Source: Calcarisporiella thermophila CBS 279.70
Lineage: Eukaryota > Fungi > Calcarisporiellomycota
Assembly (NCBI RefSeq): GCF_041956535.1
Contig: NW_027192198.1
Location: forward strand, 1,049,055 to 1,113,054
DNA length: 64,000 bases
Reading direction: 5' to 3'
The notes under the pieces are model-generated. The model was not told where the DNA came from. It was given only the letters and a program-made list of their open reading frames with translations, and made no database searches. Below, piece after piece: positions 13,676 to 25,700 of the stretch. The translations under genes were made by a program, and so were the position numbers. The stretch's first letter is position 1. Each line of letters opens with the position of its first letter.

Positions 13676-14012
13676 GGTGGGGGAGGGTTAGTGTAGTGGA
13701 CTATTCCTGGGATGCCGATGAGAACGGCGTGGGTTCGAATCCCACTTCCCCCACCAGCACTTACTCTTAGTTTGTGACTGCTGTCCACTTGATCAGAAGC
13801 TGAGTCTTGATTATTGAAAAGACCGCCCTTACGATAAGTACAAAAGATTACATCGGTTTCACGTACATGCTATACACGACAACTGCGATATACGCATATC
13901 GATTGAACGTCTATCGATCAAGGACCTATATCTCGTTAAGTCCATTGACATTAACTTCATGTAATATATGGAAATTAAATAAAAGTTTCCATTGATTGAT
14001 CAAAAAAAAAAA
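13676..14012 (+). mobile_element. tRNA-derived SINE (family B), ~337 bp
   Basis: Head GGTGGGGGAG...TAGTGTAGTGG (A-box)...GTGGGTTCGAATCCCAC (B-box/T-arm)...TTCCCCCACCA; AATAAA at 13978-13983; A11 tail at 14002-14012; direct repeat TTTGCCGCCCTT(GGTG) at 13664 and 14013. Confidence 0.88.
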
Positions 14013-14024
14013 TTTGCCGCCCTT

Positions 14025-14894
14025 GGTGCCTCGATTCTGGCCCGAGGTTGGATCTACACCAAAAGATTGGGAGAAGGTTTGGACCTCCGTCCACAAGCGA
14101 CCCACACTCCCTAAAACACCGTGCGCTACGCTGGTGGATCCTTGTAGAACGAGTAATCGCTAACTCTACATTTCCTGGTCACGATCCAAAGTGTACCCGT
14201 TGCAACGCTTCAAGGGTCACAATTCGTCATACCTTTTTCGAATGTCCGGAACCTACACCAGTGTGGTAGTGGGCGGAGAAGTGTATCATCACCATCACAG
14301 GTCCCCCAGAATTCTCAGGTGCTGATTGCTCGCAACCTTATATTAGGAGACCTATCTGGATCCTCACGAACAGCAAGACACGTGGCTCAAATCACCTTCG
14401 ATTCGGTACTGTGGCAAATCCATCGGGATCGTATCGCCTTTCATTTTGAAAACACTCGAGCCTTATCCGAAACCATTATCAATCGGGCCAAGATGGATAT
14501 TGAGGAGGCAATAGGAGCCGAACTAACAAGAGCCCGAATAAAGCGACAAATTGAACAGTTCCGAAGCAGGTGGTATATACTGGCCGCAGTGAAAGAAGGA
14601 GCTAATAGAGCGGCTCTAGAACTGGACTGACGCAGTAGCCCCTACTACTAGCCCTTCTCTTTCCTCATATCTCTCTCTCCATATCACCTATCAAGTCTTC
14701 CCCTAATACCCACAGTTAGCTGAGTTTTATTTCTCATCTACCCATCTGAGGAGAAAATTCGTTATGACCAATTTACCCCGAATTGCAATACCGCATTAAT
14801 ATCTAGCTCTCATTTTATTACTTTTAATAATGTAACGATTGTACTTTAGAGTCTTCTTAAACAATAAAGACTCATTTTTGATAAAAAAAAAAAA
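14025..14894 (+). mobile_element. 5'-truncated L1/Tx1-type non-LTR retrotransposon (ORF2 C-terminal zf-RVT region, 3' UTR, poly(A))
   Basis: Disrupted frame reads WEKVWTSVHKRPTLPK/HRALRWWIL...CTRCNASRVTIRHTFFECP...VW (CxxC-H-C zinc finger); stop at 14630; AATAAA at 14863; A12 tail; 16-bp TSD GC(A/T)TTTTGCCGCCCTT at 13660-13675 and 14895-14910. Confidence 0.9.
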
Positions 14895-15299
14895 GCTTTT
14901 TGCCGCCCTTTTCGTAATAGTTTAAATAAACCACTGGATGCAAGTGCTTGGTCCTTTGAGGAAAAAAGCCGCCCTATTCGTCCAAGCCAAGGATTGTATT
15001 TATCACAGATAACCATGAACATGAAGATATTGCATTCAACTGTATCTCTTATCCGATTTACACATTGCCATCAAGGCTCAATAGCTACAGGCACAGAGGA
15101 AAGAATTTAAACTAAGGTTCGAGCAGAAATAGAAAAAGAACTCACCAATCCAGATCGATGAGAGCCGAGAGGTAGGCTTCTATTTCGAGGGAGTAAATAA
15201 CACTTGGTTTGAACTTTACAAGCACGGGTCTCACCAGGCTATATCCCTTGATTTCTTGTACTATAAAATCTTGCTTGGAAGCCCCCTTCACTTATATAA

Positions 15300-16177
15300 T
15301 ATATTTTAAAATAAACCATAGTGTGCAAGTTTTCGCGTCCTAAAAGGAAAAAAAAAAGGCACTCGTTTCGTCCAGAAATGGCCAACTCTTCCAAGGCATT
15401 ACGCGCTACATTGACGAATCCATAATGCACGTGTGATCACCAACCTGACCTACCCTGATTGAGCCCCGAAGTGTGTACCCTCTGCAGCGCTTCGAAAGAC
15501 ACAACCCGTTACATTTATTCGAATGTCCTGAAGTAACGCCAATGTGCCAGTGGGCACAGAGATATATCAACATCATTGTATGTCCCCCAGAACACTCTGG
15601 TATCTACTTCTAAGTTTCTAACACTTGGCGTCTTACCCGAAGCCCCAAGTATGCTAAACCATGTGGTTCAAATTACTTTCGATTCAGCATTGTGGCAGAT
15701 ACACCTGGGCCGCATTGTTTACCACTCGAGTATCATCCGAGACTCTCACCAACCGTGTCAAATTTGGTATCGAGGAACCAAATTGGTAAAAAGCGCGAAA
15801 AGTGCGAGGGCTCGAGCTGTTTCGGGGCAGGTTGTGCAAACAAGATGTGTAGATAGAAGGAGTAGATAGTGCGGCCCCGGTGTTGAAATGGCGTAGTGGT
15901 CACTTCTTATTATTTTCTACCTTTCATAACTCCATGTCTTTTGTTTTCTATCTACTTGACCAATCTTCTAATTACTACTGTCAAATTATTTCTTTTGTTT
16001 CCATTTTTCATTAGTTATTACTTGAGAAATACAAATTGTTATTTCCAATGTTTTATCTTGAATAGATTTGGCAAATTAACTTTTTCTTTTCTTTCTATTT
16101 TCCCATCATCCTGTAGCCACTGTATTTTATTAGGAATCTCTCTAGTAATAAAGACGCACAATAGCAAAAAAAAAAAA
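15300..16177 (+). mobile_element. Older, degenerate paralogous LINE 3' fragment (5' boundary uncertain)
   Basis: 15470-15720 aligns with the first LINE (CTLCSAS...TTCGAATGTCC; HVVQITFDSALWQIH vs HVAQITFDSVLWQIH); ends AATAAAGAC then A12 at 16166-16177. Confidence 0.8.
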
Positions 16178-17703
16178 GCTATCGGTTGCACTTTATAGAT
16201 AAGTTTCCCTCTATTGTCTTCCTTCTTTACTAAGATCATCTTTTTTTGTTTTTCTTTCCTTTTGCTTACTACTACCATGGTCATTAGGTATTGAAAAGAG
16301 GACTTTAAGAAAATCCTCTCTTTGTTGTAAAAAATAAAGCCGCCCATTATGGATCTCTCATTCAAAAGGAACAAACAAATATTCTATCCTATTTTAATAA
16401 AAAAAAAGAAAGCTTTCGACCGCCACTGCTCGAGCGTCATTTGAGAATCTCATCAACCTTGTCAAATCTGATATTAAGACGGCCATATAAGGTTATCCTT
16501 TTCTTCTGTTTATTTTTTTTTTTATCAGGAGCCGATATGATTTGAGTTCATATACTTATGAATTAAAAACTTGGCTGAAAGTTTACGTTGGCTGAGATGA
16601 ATCTCTTTGTCACCTTAGCTATCCCAAAGCTGGATCAAATGTGAGCAAATTTGATCTTAAGCGCTACGTACTTCTCTAGGTCTATAGAATACTTTACAAT
16701 AAAATACTTGCATTTAAATAACAAGCACTTTATTTTCATTAGCCATTCAATAATTTTATATCCTGTTTTATTTCAAAAAGAAAAATAAAAATCGTGCCCT
16801 GCAACATAGGGCTGCAATAAAACAGAAAATCAGATACAAAAGTAACTGTACGATACGTGCCAAGCATCCCACTCACCTAGGAAAAAAAAGCCTCCACTCA
16901 ATGAAATATCCCAAGGCCTTCTTGGCCATTAGTCCGTTCTTGGCGTACCCTAAGTTCCATGGCGCTATCCACTCGATATAATGCACAAAGCTTTGTGGGA
17001 CTGTTTTCTTGCAACCGATAGCCTTCAAGCTAGCGGGAATTTATGTTGACGGTTCAAAGGATCCACTCCGGCTGCACCAGTTCATACTACGAGGAAAGAA
17101 GGCTTAACTCTGTTACATACTAGGAAATTTTATGCTACTGTTTCTTTTCATGTTTCTTTTAATAGCCTGCAGATGGCGGCTTCGTTTCTTTGTTGATAGC
17201 CTTCTGTCTCCGCTACACATCACTGTTTTCGCTTCACCTTGATTGACATTGGTATTGGCCTCTAATTATAGTTTGATAGCGAAATGGCTTCATGGGGGAG
17301 CATCGGTTCAATTATCCGAGGCAAGCACCAACTCATTGTTTCCACCTAATTATCGACGGGGCGCCATTTTTTGGGTGACACTAGGCCACCGATCAGGGTA
17401 GGCCAGGGCTAGCCAGGGCAGCAATCCTTTCACTAGCTCCACATTATAATTTATTGCATTAAAGGCGGATGAATAGCCCGCAGGAGATAGAGCACAGTGA
17501 CTTGGGGGAGGGGGGAGCCCTTCCATCTCCATATAGTGAGTATACCATAGAACGAGGGCAGACAAATTTGAATGGAATTGGCGAGGGACAGACGAGAATC
17601 GGTTGCCACCGCTTCTGACGTCACACCATAGGACAATGATATGGAAATTTTAGCCCGACCCCCACGCAACACTCCTCCTTCGTAAGATTCTCGACCTCGA
17701 GCC

Positions 17704-18096
17704 ATGGATAAGCCAGCGCAATCAGCCCCAGAACCTCTCCCCCACGATCCACCGCCGCCCCCTTATTCCTCAGAGCATCCTGGTGCCACTTCGAACGAAG
17801 CCACTCCATTCGTTCCGTCTAGCTCGAATCATGTATACTCGCCATTTGCCGATTACTATCACACCGTATCCACCCAGATCCAGCAGCCCCCGGAGTGGAA
17901 TCGCTTCCCGCTCGCTGCCTGGATGTTTTTGCTGGGCTGGGCCTTCCCTCCGCTGTGGTTTGTAGGCGCATGCTGCTTTCTAAGATCGAGCAATCCCTTC
18001 GAACGGGCTTGGGCCAAGGTGTGTCTGGTGGTCCTGCTTGTCAGTGTGGTGGTGGGCGTGTTTGTGGCCGTGGGGGAGATTTTCCGCATGATGTAA
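17704..18096 (+). CDS. Small membrane protein with PPPPY motif and C-terminal hydrophobic helices
   Basis: 130-aa ORF; Pro-rich N-terminus with a PY motif; WMFLLGWAFPPLWFVGACC plus a second TM helix. Confidence 0.75.
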   Translation: MDKPAQSAPEPLPHDPPPPPYSSEHPGATSNEATPFVPSSSNHVYSPFADYYHTVSTQIQQPPEWNRFPLAAWMFLLGWAFPPLWFVGACCFLRSSNPFERAWAKVCLVVLLVSVVVGVFVAVGEIFRMM

Positions 18097-18475
18097 CTGG
18101 GGGGAGGAGTGTAGAGTGCGTTTGTAAATATTTCCAATGTTCGTTTGACTCTCAATATTTGAACATCGTGTATCTTATTGCCCTGTTATTGCTTGTAAAA
18201 AAAAATAAAGAAAATTGCAATAGCTGGAGAGAAACAAGAGTAAAAAAAAGCATAGGTGAGGAAAAACAAGAGTGTAAGTAAAGAGTTTCTGATTTCAGCC
18301 CTTTCACAATTCAAGCACTTAACACGGACAGTTCGGTGCAGAAAAAAAAAAGTGGGAGAGGAGAGTGAAAAGAAGTGAAGAGACCAGACATTATATTATA
18401 GAAGAAAAGAAAAACAATTAGGTTGCGCGACATATTTCAGAGCAACAAAGACATCCCAGTAGAAACATAAATTAT

Positions 18476-19247
18476 TCAGGCATGGGCCTTCCTCCGCAGA
18501 TGCCTAAGCAAAGCATCCCTGCGGGTGAAGTGCTTACCGCACTTGTCACATCGCACACCGGCATCGCCCATATGCCTCCGCATGTGGCGATACAAGTCAT
18601 ACACGCGGTTGAACGACGCTTTGCAGATGTCGCAGACGGGCAGCTCGCGGACGGCGTGGCGTGTCTTCCGGCCGGCGGAAGAGGGGGGCGAGGAGGCGTA
18701 GGGGTGGTGGGAGTGACGCATGAGGTAGGAGGGGTGGGGGATGGGGGAGGGGCGGGGGAGAGGTATCCGAGTGAGTCGGGGAGGGCATATCCGCGCCCCA
18801 GCCGTCCTTGTGGTGCTGCTGGTATTGGTTTGGGCTGTGGTGAGGGTAGCGCGTGGGCTGCAGCGGGAGGGGGCAGTGGGACCTCTCGGCAAGCACGGTG
18901 CGCCTCCAGTTGGAGCCATCGCCCACCGAGGATGGCCAGGGGTCGTGGCCGCCGCGCGGCCGATAGTTCTCAGGGAATTCATCCCGGGCCAGCGAGGGAT
19001 GCCACTCGCTGGTGGGCTGCGGGGGCGTGAGCAGCCACGCGGGGCGGTCGCCCAGCGAGACGGGCGAGACGGGGGATTGCGGCGGTGGCGTGGGGTCGAG
19101 CACGGTCTCCAGCCAGGACGACCCGCGCCCGGCTTGGATGTCGGCGCCCGCATCCGCGCGCATTTTTGGATGCTGGGGGTAGAAGGAGTGCGAGGACATG
19201 GAGGCAAGGAATGGAGTGAGATGAGCTAACAGGGGGAGGCTATGCAC
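18476..19247 (-). CDS. Two-finger C2H2 transcription factor with an apparent frameshift
   Basis: CDICKASFNRVYDLYRHMRRH and CDKCGKHFTRRDALLRHLRRKAH are in a different frame from the protein-like N-terminus; the shift falls in homopolymer runs at ~18735-18760. Confidence 0.75.
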
Positions 19248-20712
19248 AGGAGGATTGGCGGCCGCTGGGGCAGGGATTTTGGGGAATAAATTATATATTT
19301 GACAAGAGACACCGAGCTATGTGGCGGCGTCCGGGGCGTCGGGCGGGGGCTAAAGGAGAGGCAGGGGGGGGGGGGAGAGGGGGAGACGGCGCCGCGAAGG
19401 AAGGTAAACAAAGAACAAAGGCCCGTTCGAGCGCTGGTATATAGGGAGGGGGAGGGGAGAGAATAAATAGGGGATGAGAATAAATAGGCTATTCTGAACC
19501 AGAAGCGTTGGCCGGCAACGCCTGAAAGCAAATAACTTATTCGGGGGGAAGCGCGGGGAGAGGGGGAAGAGGGATGATGAGGGGGATTCGATGATGATAA
19601 GGAAAGCAGAAGAAGGCCGCAAAAAAAAGCAAATAGTCAAACACAGCGCGTCCCCAGCCTTTGTTGCCTGTGTAGCGTGAGCGGCAAAATTCATTGGACT
19701 GAGCTTTATTGAGGTAGATCCCTTCCGCGCACCATTCGCGACATCATGCCTGCTGCAAACTTGCCACCATACAACCCGCCCGGAGGGGGGCGGCCGAGAC
19801 AAAATGGAAAGGCCCAGAGAAACCTGGTCAGGGTGGGAAAAAGAAGCCGCCGCCCCCCTCCCTCGCCCCCAGCCGTGCCATGAGACCGATCTGCACCTCC
19901 CGCGCCAATGCCCCGCCCCGCCCCCCCTCGTGGGCCCGTCCCAGGCCCGAGGGGCAGAGACGGGGGAAACTGCAATCTCATCTAATTTGTCCCCTGTCAA
20001 CCATGGCCCATCGCGGCCCGGTCCTCGATGAATACGAAACATGGTGCTCTTCGCCCAGCTCCGGGGCTTCTCCGCGGCCCGCTCTGGCTTTGCTCGACGC
20101 TGCACCACCGGCCCACGGTGTCTCTTCCAAGGCCGGCGAGGCTGGGCAGGACGCGGCCGCATCCGCAGCGGTGCATTTCCAGCCAAGCTTTGGGTCCGTT
20201 CGTTTCTGGGCCCAGAATCGTGAGAGAGCGGCTCACCGATCCAGTGCCGGCCCTCCCGATCCCGCCAACTTTGGAGCGGAGGTCACCGCATGAGAGAGGC
20301 ACCTCCGGCTTCCAAATCGAGCCAGCCCTCGTACGCTTCGGTGTCGTGTGTACCACCCGGCCGAACCATTTGTACTCTGGCCCGGCCGGCGCTTCCCTCG
20401 ATGACGGGAGGCCAATGGCTGCGCCCTCGCCCAAAACAAAGCCCTCGATCTCGCAGCTCGATGGCGATCTGGACCATTTCCGCGTCGTTGCCCCGGTGCT
20501 GCGGGAACAGGAGCTCCTCTCCCCTGGGACCGGGCGGCGGCCGGCCTCGACCTGCTTAGCAAGCCATGCCGGTTCAGAGCCCAAGCTCGATTTGCCGGCT
20601 GGGCCTGTGTTGATTTTCGCCCTATAAGCAGAAACACCAATTAACCGGAGATAATTTGTCATATCGGCTAGCGTGGGCCTTCGCTAACCCTATTCCCTAA
20701 TACCTCCCCAAT

Positions 20713-21382
20713 ATGAATTCCCTCCGCTCCATGCACAATGCTTTCCGCCTCCCCCTCTCGCGACCAAGGCCATTCTCCACCCTCCCCGCCTCCCCTCGGG
20801 ACCCGCCTCCCCTCCGGGCGCCCATCCCCCCTGGCGTAGCCCGCCAGCTCGAGGGATTTCCCAGCGTAATGAATCAGATCGTTGCATGGGGAGACATGGT
20901 ATGTAACCCCTCCCCCCCCCCATCCCTAATCTCTAGCCCCATCATCGCGCTCATGTGGCTTCTGCTTTCATGCTTGGTAGGATAGCTTCGCCCATTTGAA
21001 TAATGTGCAATACCTAAGGTACATGGAATCCGGTCGCATTAATTTTTTCCACTCTCTGAGCCCTTTCCTTCCCCCCTCCTTTATGGACAACTTTGTCACG
21101 GCCAAGAAGGTCGGCCCCATCGTGAAATCCATCCTGTGCAAGTACCGCTCGCCCGTGGTCTACCCAGACACCCTGGCCATTGCCCATCGGATCTCTGACC
21201 TCGGCCCCGACCGATTTACCATGGCCTTTCGCGCCGTGTCCTATGCGCAGGAGAAGATCGTGGCGGAGGGAGAATGTGTCGTGGTGACGGTGGATTACGA
21301 ACGCGGGGGCGTCAAGGCGCCGGTTCCGCGTGAGCTGGTGGAGGTGTTTGAGACCGTGTTGAAGAGGGAACAGGGAGAGTGA
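20713..21382 (+). CDS. 4HBT/hotdog-fold acyl-CoA thioesterase, probably mitochondrial
   Basis: Spliced VAWGDM|DSFAHLNNVQYLRYMESGR; GT-AG intron 20899-20980; Arg-rich presequence. Confidence 0.9.
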
Positions 21383-21620
21383 ATGCCCGTCTTGCACAAG
21401 CAAGCGTTGCTTAGACTTAGGTAGACTCAATAAAGCAAACTAAAAGAGTGTATAGACACATTGACGAAAAGTTTATTGGTGCTATTCTCGTGAACCATGA
21501 GGGGGAGATTTTCCTTGTTTTGTTAAAAAAAAAAATCAAAATAAAGAAGAGAGGGGCGCGGGGAAAGTGCAGCGGGAAGTAAGAAATGGGAAATAAGAGG
21601 AGGGGATGCCAGCGGTTGCT

Positions 21621-23211
21621 CTAAAGATCGGCAGGGAGGATCTTGCCGGTGCACTCTCCAAATCCAACCCGGAATCCGTCTTTCGACTGGCAGTAGCCCA
21701 CAATGCGCACGGCATCTCCGTCCTCAATGAACTTGCGGGTGGTCGCGCCGCACTTCACGTCGCGCTGCCCGGACCACGACAGCTCGAGCATGGAGCCGAA
21801 GGAGTCCTCGGTGGGGCCGCTGATCGTGCCGGTGCCGCACAGATCGCCGGTGCGCATGTTGCACCCATTGACGGAATGGTGCGCGAGCTGCTGGAAGATG
21901 CTCCAGTACATGTACTTGAGATTGGACCGGCATACGGTGTGGAAGTCCTGCGCGCCGTTGGGCTTGATGTCCACCTCCAGAACGATATCGTAGGCGGTGT
22001 TGCGCCCCTTCTCCTGCAGATAGGGGAGCGGCTCGGGATCCTGCGCGGGCCCGGGGACCAAGAAGGGTTCAAGCGCATCCAGGGTCACGACCCAAGGAGA
22101 GATCAAGGTGCCCATGTTCTTGCCAAGGAATGGGCCAAGGGGCTGGTATTCCCAGGCCTGAATATCACGAGCACTCCAGTCGTTCATCAACACGAGGCCG
22201 AAGATGTGGTCCCGCGCCTGGTCAATCGGGATGCGGCTACCGAGCTCATTGCCCGTTCCAACGAGGAAAGCCTATCCAAAGGGGGGGGGTGCCACCATTA
22301 AGAAAAAAAAAAACACCCTAGAAACAGAGAAAAGGGGGTCCATCATCGGGCCTATCCTGCTTACCATTTCCAGCTCAAAGTCCATACGGGCAGAGGGCCC
22401 GTACACGGGGGGTTGATCGGGCTTCGGGCGGCGCTGGCCGCAGGGGCGCTTCAAATCCGTTCCAGACACCACGACGCTGGAGGCGCGACCGTGATACCCA
22501 ACGGGAAGGTGGAGCCTTGTTCACAAACAGAAACAGACAAAGACAAATAAGCCATCGAGAACCTGTTTAAATCCATTCGACCATCTTTACCAGTTAGGCA
22601 TAAGCGCATTCTCCTTGCCACGGAACATGATACCGACATTAGAGGCGTGCTCCTTCGAGGCGTAGAAGTCTGTGTAGTCACTGTAGAGCCATAAATAGAG
22701 TCCATCAATCCAATCCTTCTCGTGTTAGGAGACACATAAGGAGAAGAGGGAATTACCCAATCTCGGCGGGGAGGTGCATCCTGGCATCCTTCATCGCAAC
22801 AAAAGCCACTTGTCTTAGGGCAGCATCGTCGCGCAATGTGGCGCAATCGTCCGAGAGCAGCGTCTGCAAGAGACGGCGGGTGGCCTGCCACACGGGCTTA
22901 CCCTGAGCCATGAAGGCATTGAGGGTGGGTTGAGCAAAGAGGGCCAAAGGATCCTTGATTTCCTTGGAGAGAAGAGAGGCAATGGCCGAAAGGTCGAGGA
23001 TGTGATCGCCAATCGCTACTCCCACGCGAGGAGTGGGCTAAATTAATTATCCATGCGCATTAGGTTAATTAGAGGATGTGGAATGGAGGAAGAGGGGGAA
23101 AGGCCGGGCGCCATTTTGAAGACTTACGTTGGAGGAGGTCGAGAAAATACCATAGGGGAGGTTCTGGATGGGGAAGTGCGAGTCGGCGGGGACGTCGATG
23201 AAACTCTTCAT
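21621..23211 (-). CDS. fahA: Fumarylacetoacetate hydrolase (multi-exon)
   Basis: [54 protein letters not shown]. Confidence 0.96.
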
Positions 23212-23776
23212 TTTAGTTTAGAATATTATATTTATTTATTATTTTTCAGCAAAAAAACCGAGACAAGCTCTTTTACGCTGGTTGTTTGTGATGTTGTATT
23301 TCGAGATTGCATCCGTGGGAAAATTAAGGGGAGGAAGGGTGGCTGATTTCTCAAAAGCACTCTTCTCCCCTTCGGCTCCCAAATCGAATTTTGGTTGGGT
23401 TGTGCAAGTGGCCCCCCAGGGGGGAGAAAGGTTGCAAGGCGACCAGGTGGGTGGCAAAAAAAGTTGTGCTTTATCAGTTGAAAGTACACAAGAGGAAAAT
23501 TATAAAAGAGATAGAAGAGGGGAAAATAAAAGAAGAGAAAAAAGAAATCAACATCAAAACGGGTGCCGGGAGAGAGAAAGGGGATTCATTACATCCGCTA
23601 GCACTTCCCAATAGACACATTCGCAAGCAAAGGATTGAAAAAGAAATGAAAGGAAAAAAAATATAAAATATATATGAGCAAAGAAAGTCAAGACAAAAAA
23701 GAATCAAGGAAAGCTGGGGAGAAGAGGTAGAGAAGAAGGGCGACGCGATGGAAAAAAAAAAAGAAGGGTGGGAAAA

Positions 23777-23806
23777 AGAAGAAGAAGAAGAAGAAGAAAA
23801 AGAAGA
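23777..23806. repeat. (GAA)n microsatellite in a purine-rich tract downstream of PP1
   Basis: Direct inspection. Confidence 0.8.
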
Positions 23807-23884
23807 AAGTAGAGACTTCAAGAAAGAAAAACATGCCATTCTTCATGCACACCTTGGGAGAGGGGGGGGGGTAACCCACTTAAA

Positions 23885-25179
<1,295 letters not shown>

Positions 25180-25628
25180 GATGAAATCGGGAGAATTAAA
25201 ATGATCAATCTGGAAATGATGAGAAGCGTAGAGCAAGAGATTAATAACATTGGCATTCAGCACAAAAAATTATCTGAGCATCCACACGACGGATCTCTCC
25301 TGGGCAAGATGCAGAGAAAATCCAAGGGACGGAATGATGCAAGCAGCCCAGATCCATTTCTACCCATCCACAATACACGCTCTGCAAAACATCATCCGAT
25401 GTACTGGGGAAACACCAACCTTGATTTCCTTCAATCACAAAGGGAAAACACGCACAAATGAAGAGATGTATTTTATATATGTGTCTGAGTCACGTATCTT
25501 GGTAGTATTAAAATATAGGATAATTAGTTGGTGTGTCTTGATGGAAAAAAGTGAGTATTGAAAAATAATTTTTAATTAGTGAAAAAAAAAAAAAAAAACT
25601 TCGGACGCAGCAGATGAAACCAAAAATT

Positions 25629-25700
25629 GGGCTCAACTGGGAATTGAACCCAGGACCTCTCCCACCCTAAGGGAGAATTATACCACTAAACCATTGAGCC
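25629..25700 (-). tRNA. tRNA-Pro (AGG)
   Basis: Reverse complement GGCTCAATGGTTTAGTGGTATAATTCTCCCTTAGGGTGGGAGAGGTCCTGGGTTCAATTCCCAGTTGAGCCC, 72-nt cloverleaf. Confidence 0.97.

Noticed and set aside
13676-13756. tRNA-Sec (long acceptor stem and extra arm; some early-diverging fungi use selenocysteine)
   Set aside because: No anticodon arm with TCA, and the sequence is the head of a TSD-flanked, poly(A)-tailed element
13664-14910. CRISPR-like array or LTRs from the repeated TTTGCCGCCCTT
   Set aside because: The repeats are 12-16 bp, irregularly spaced, and the second and third follow poly(A) tails, which fits TSDs
16178-17022. 13-bp inverted repeat GCTATCGGTTGCA as MITE termini
   Set aside because: No flanking TSD and no second copy; may be chance
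19350-20662. Several long overlapping ORFs on both strands
   Set aside because: GC-rich stop-poor DNA with no recognisable domain; probably the upstream region of the C2H2 gene
21606-22301. Long antisense ORFs opposite FAH (similar ones lie opposite CFA, ACSL and myosin)
   Set aside because: Shadow ORFs produced by high-GC3 codon usage on the coding strand
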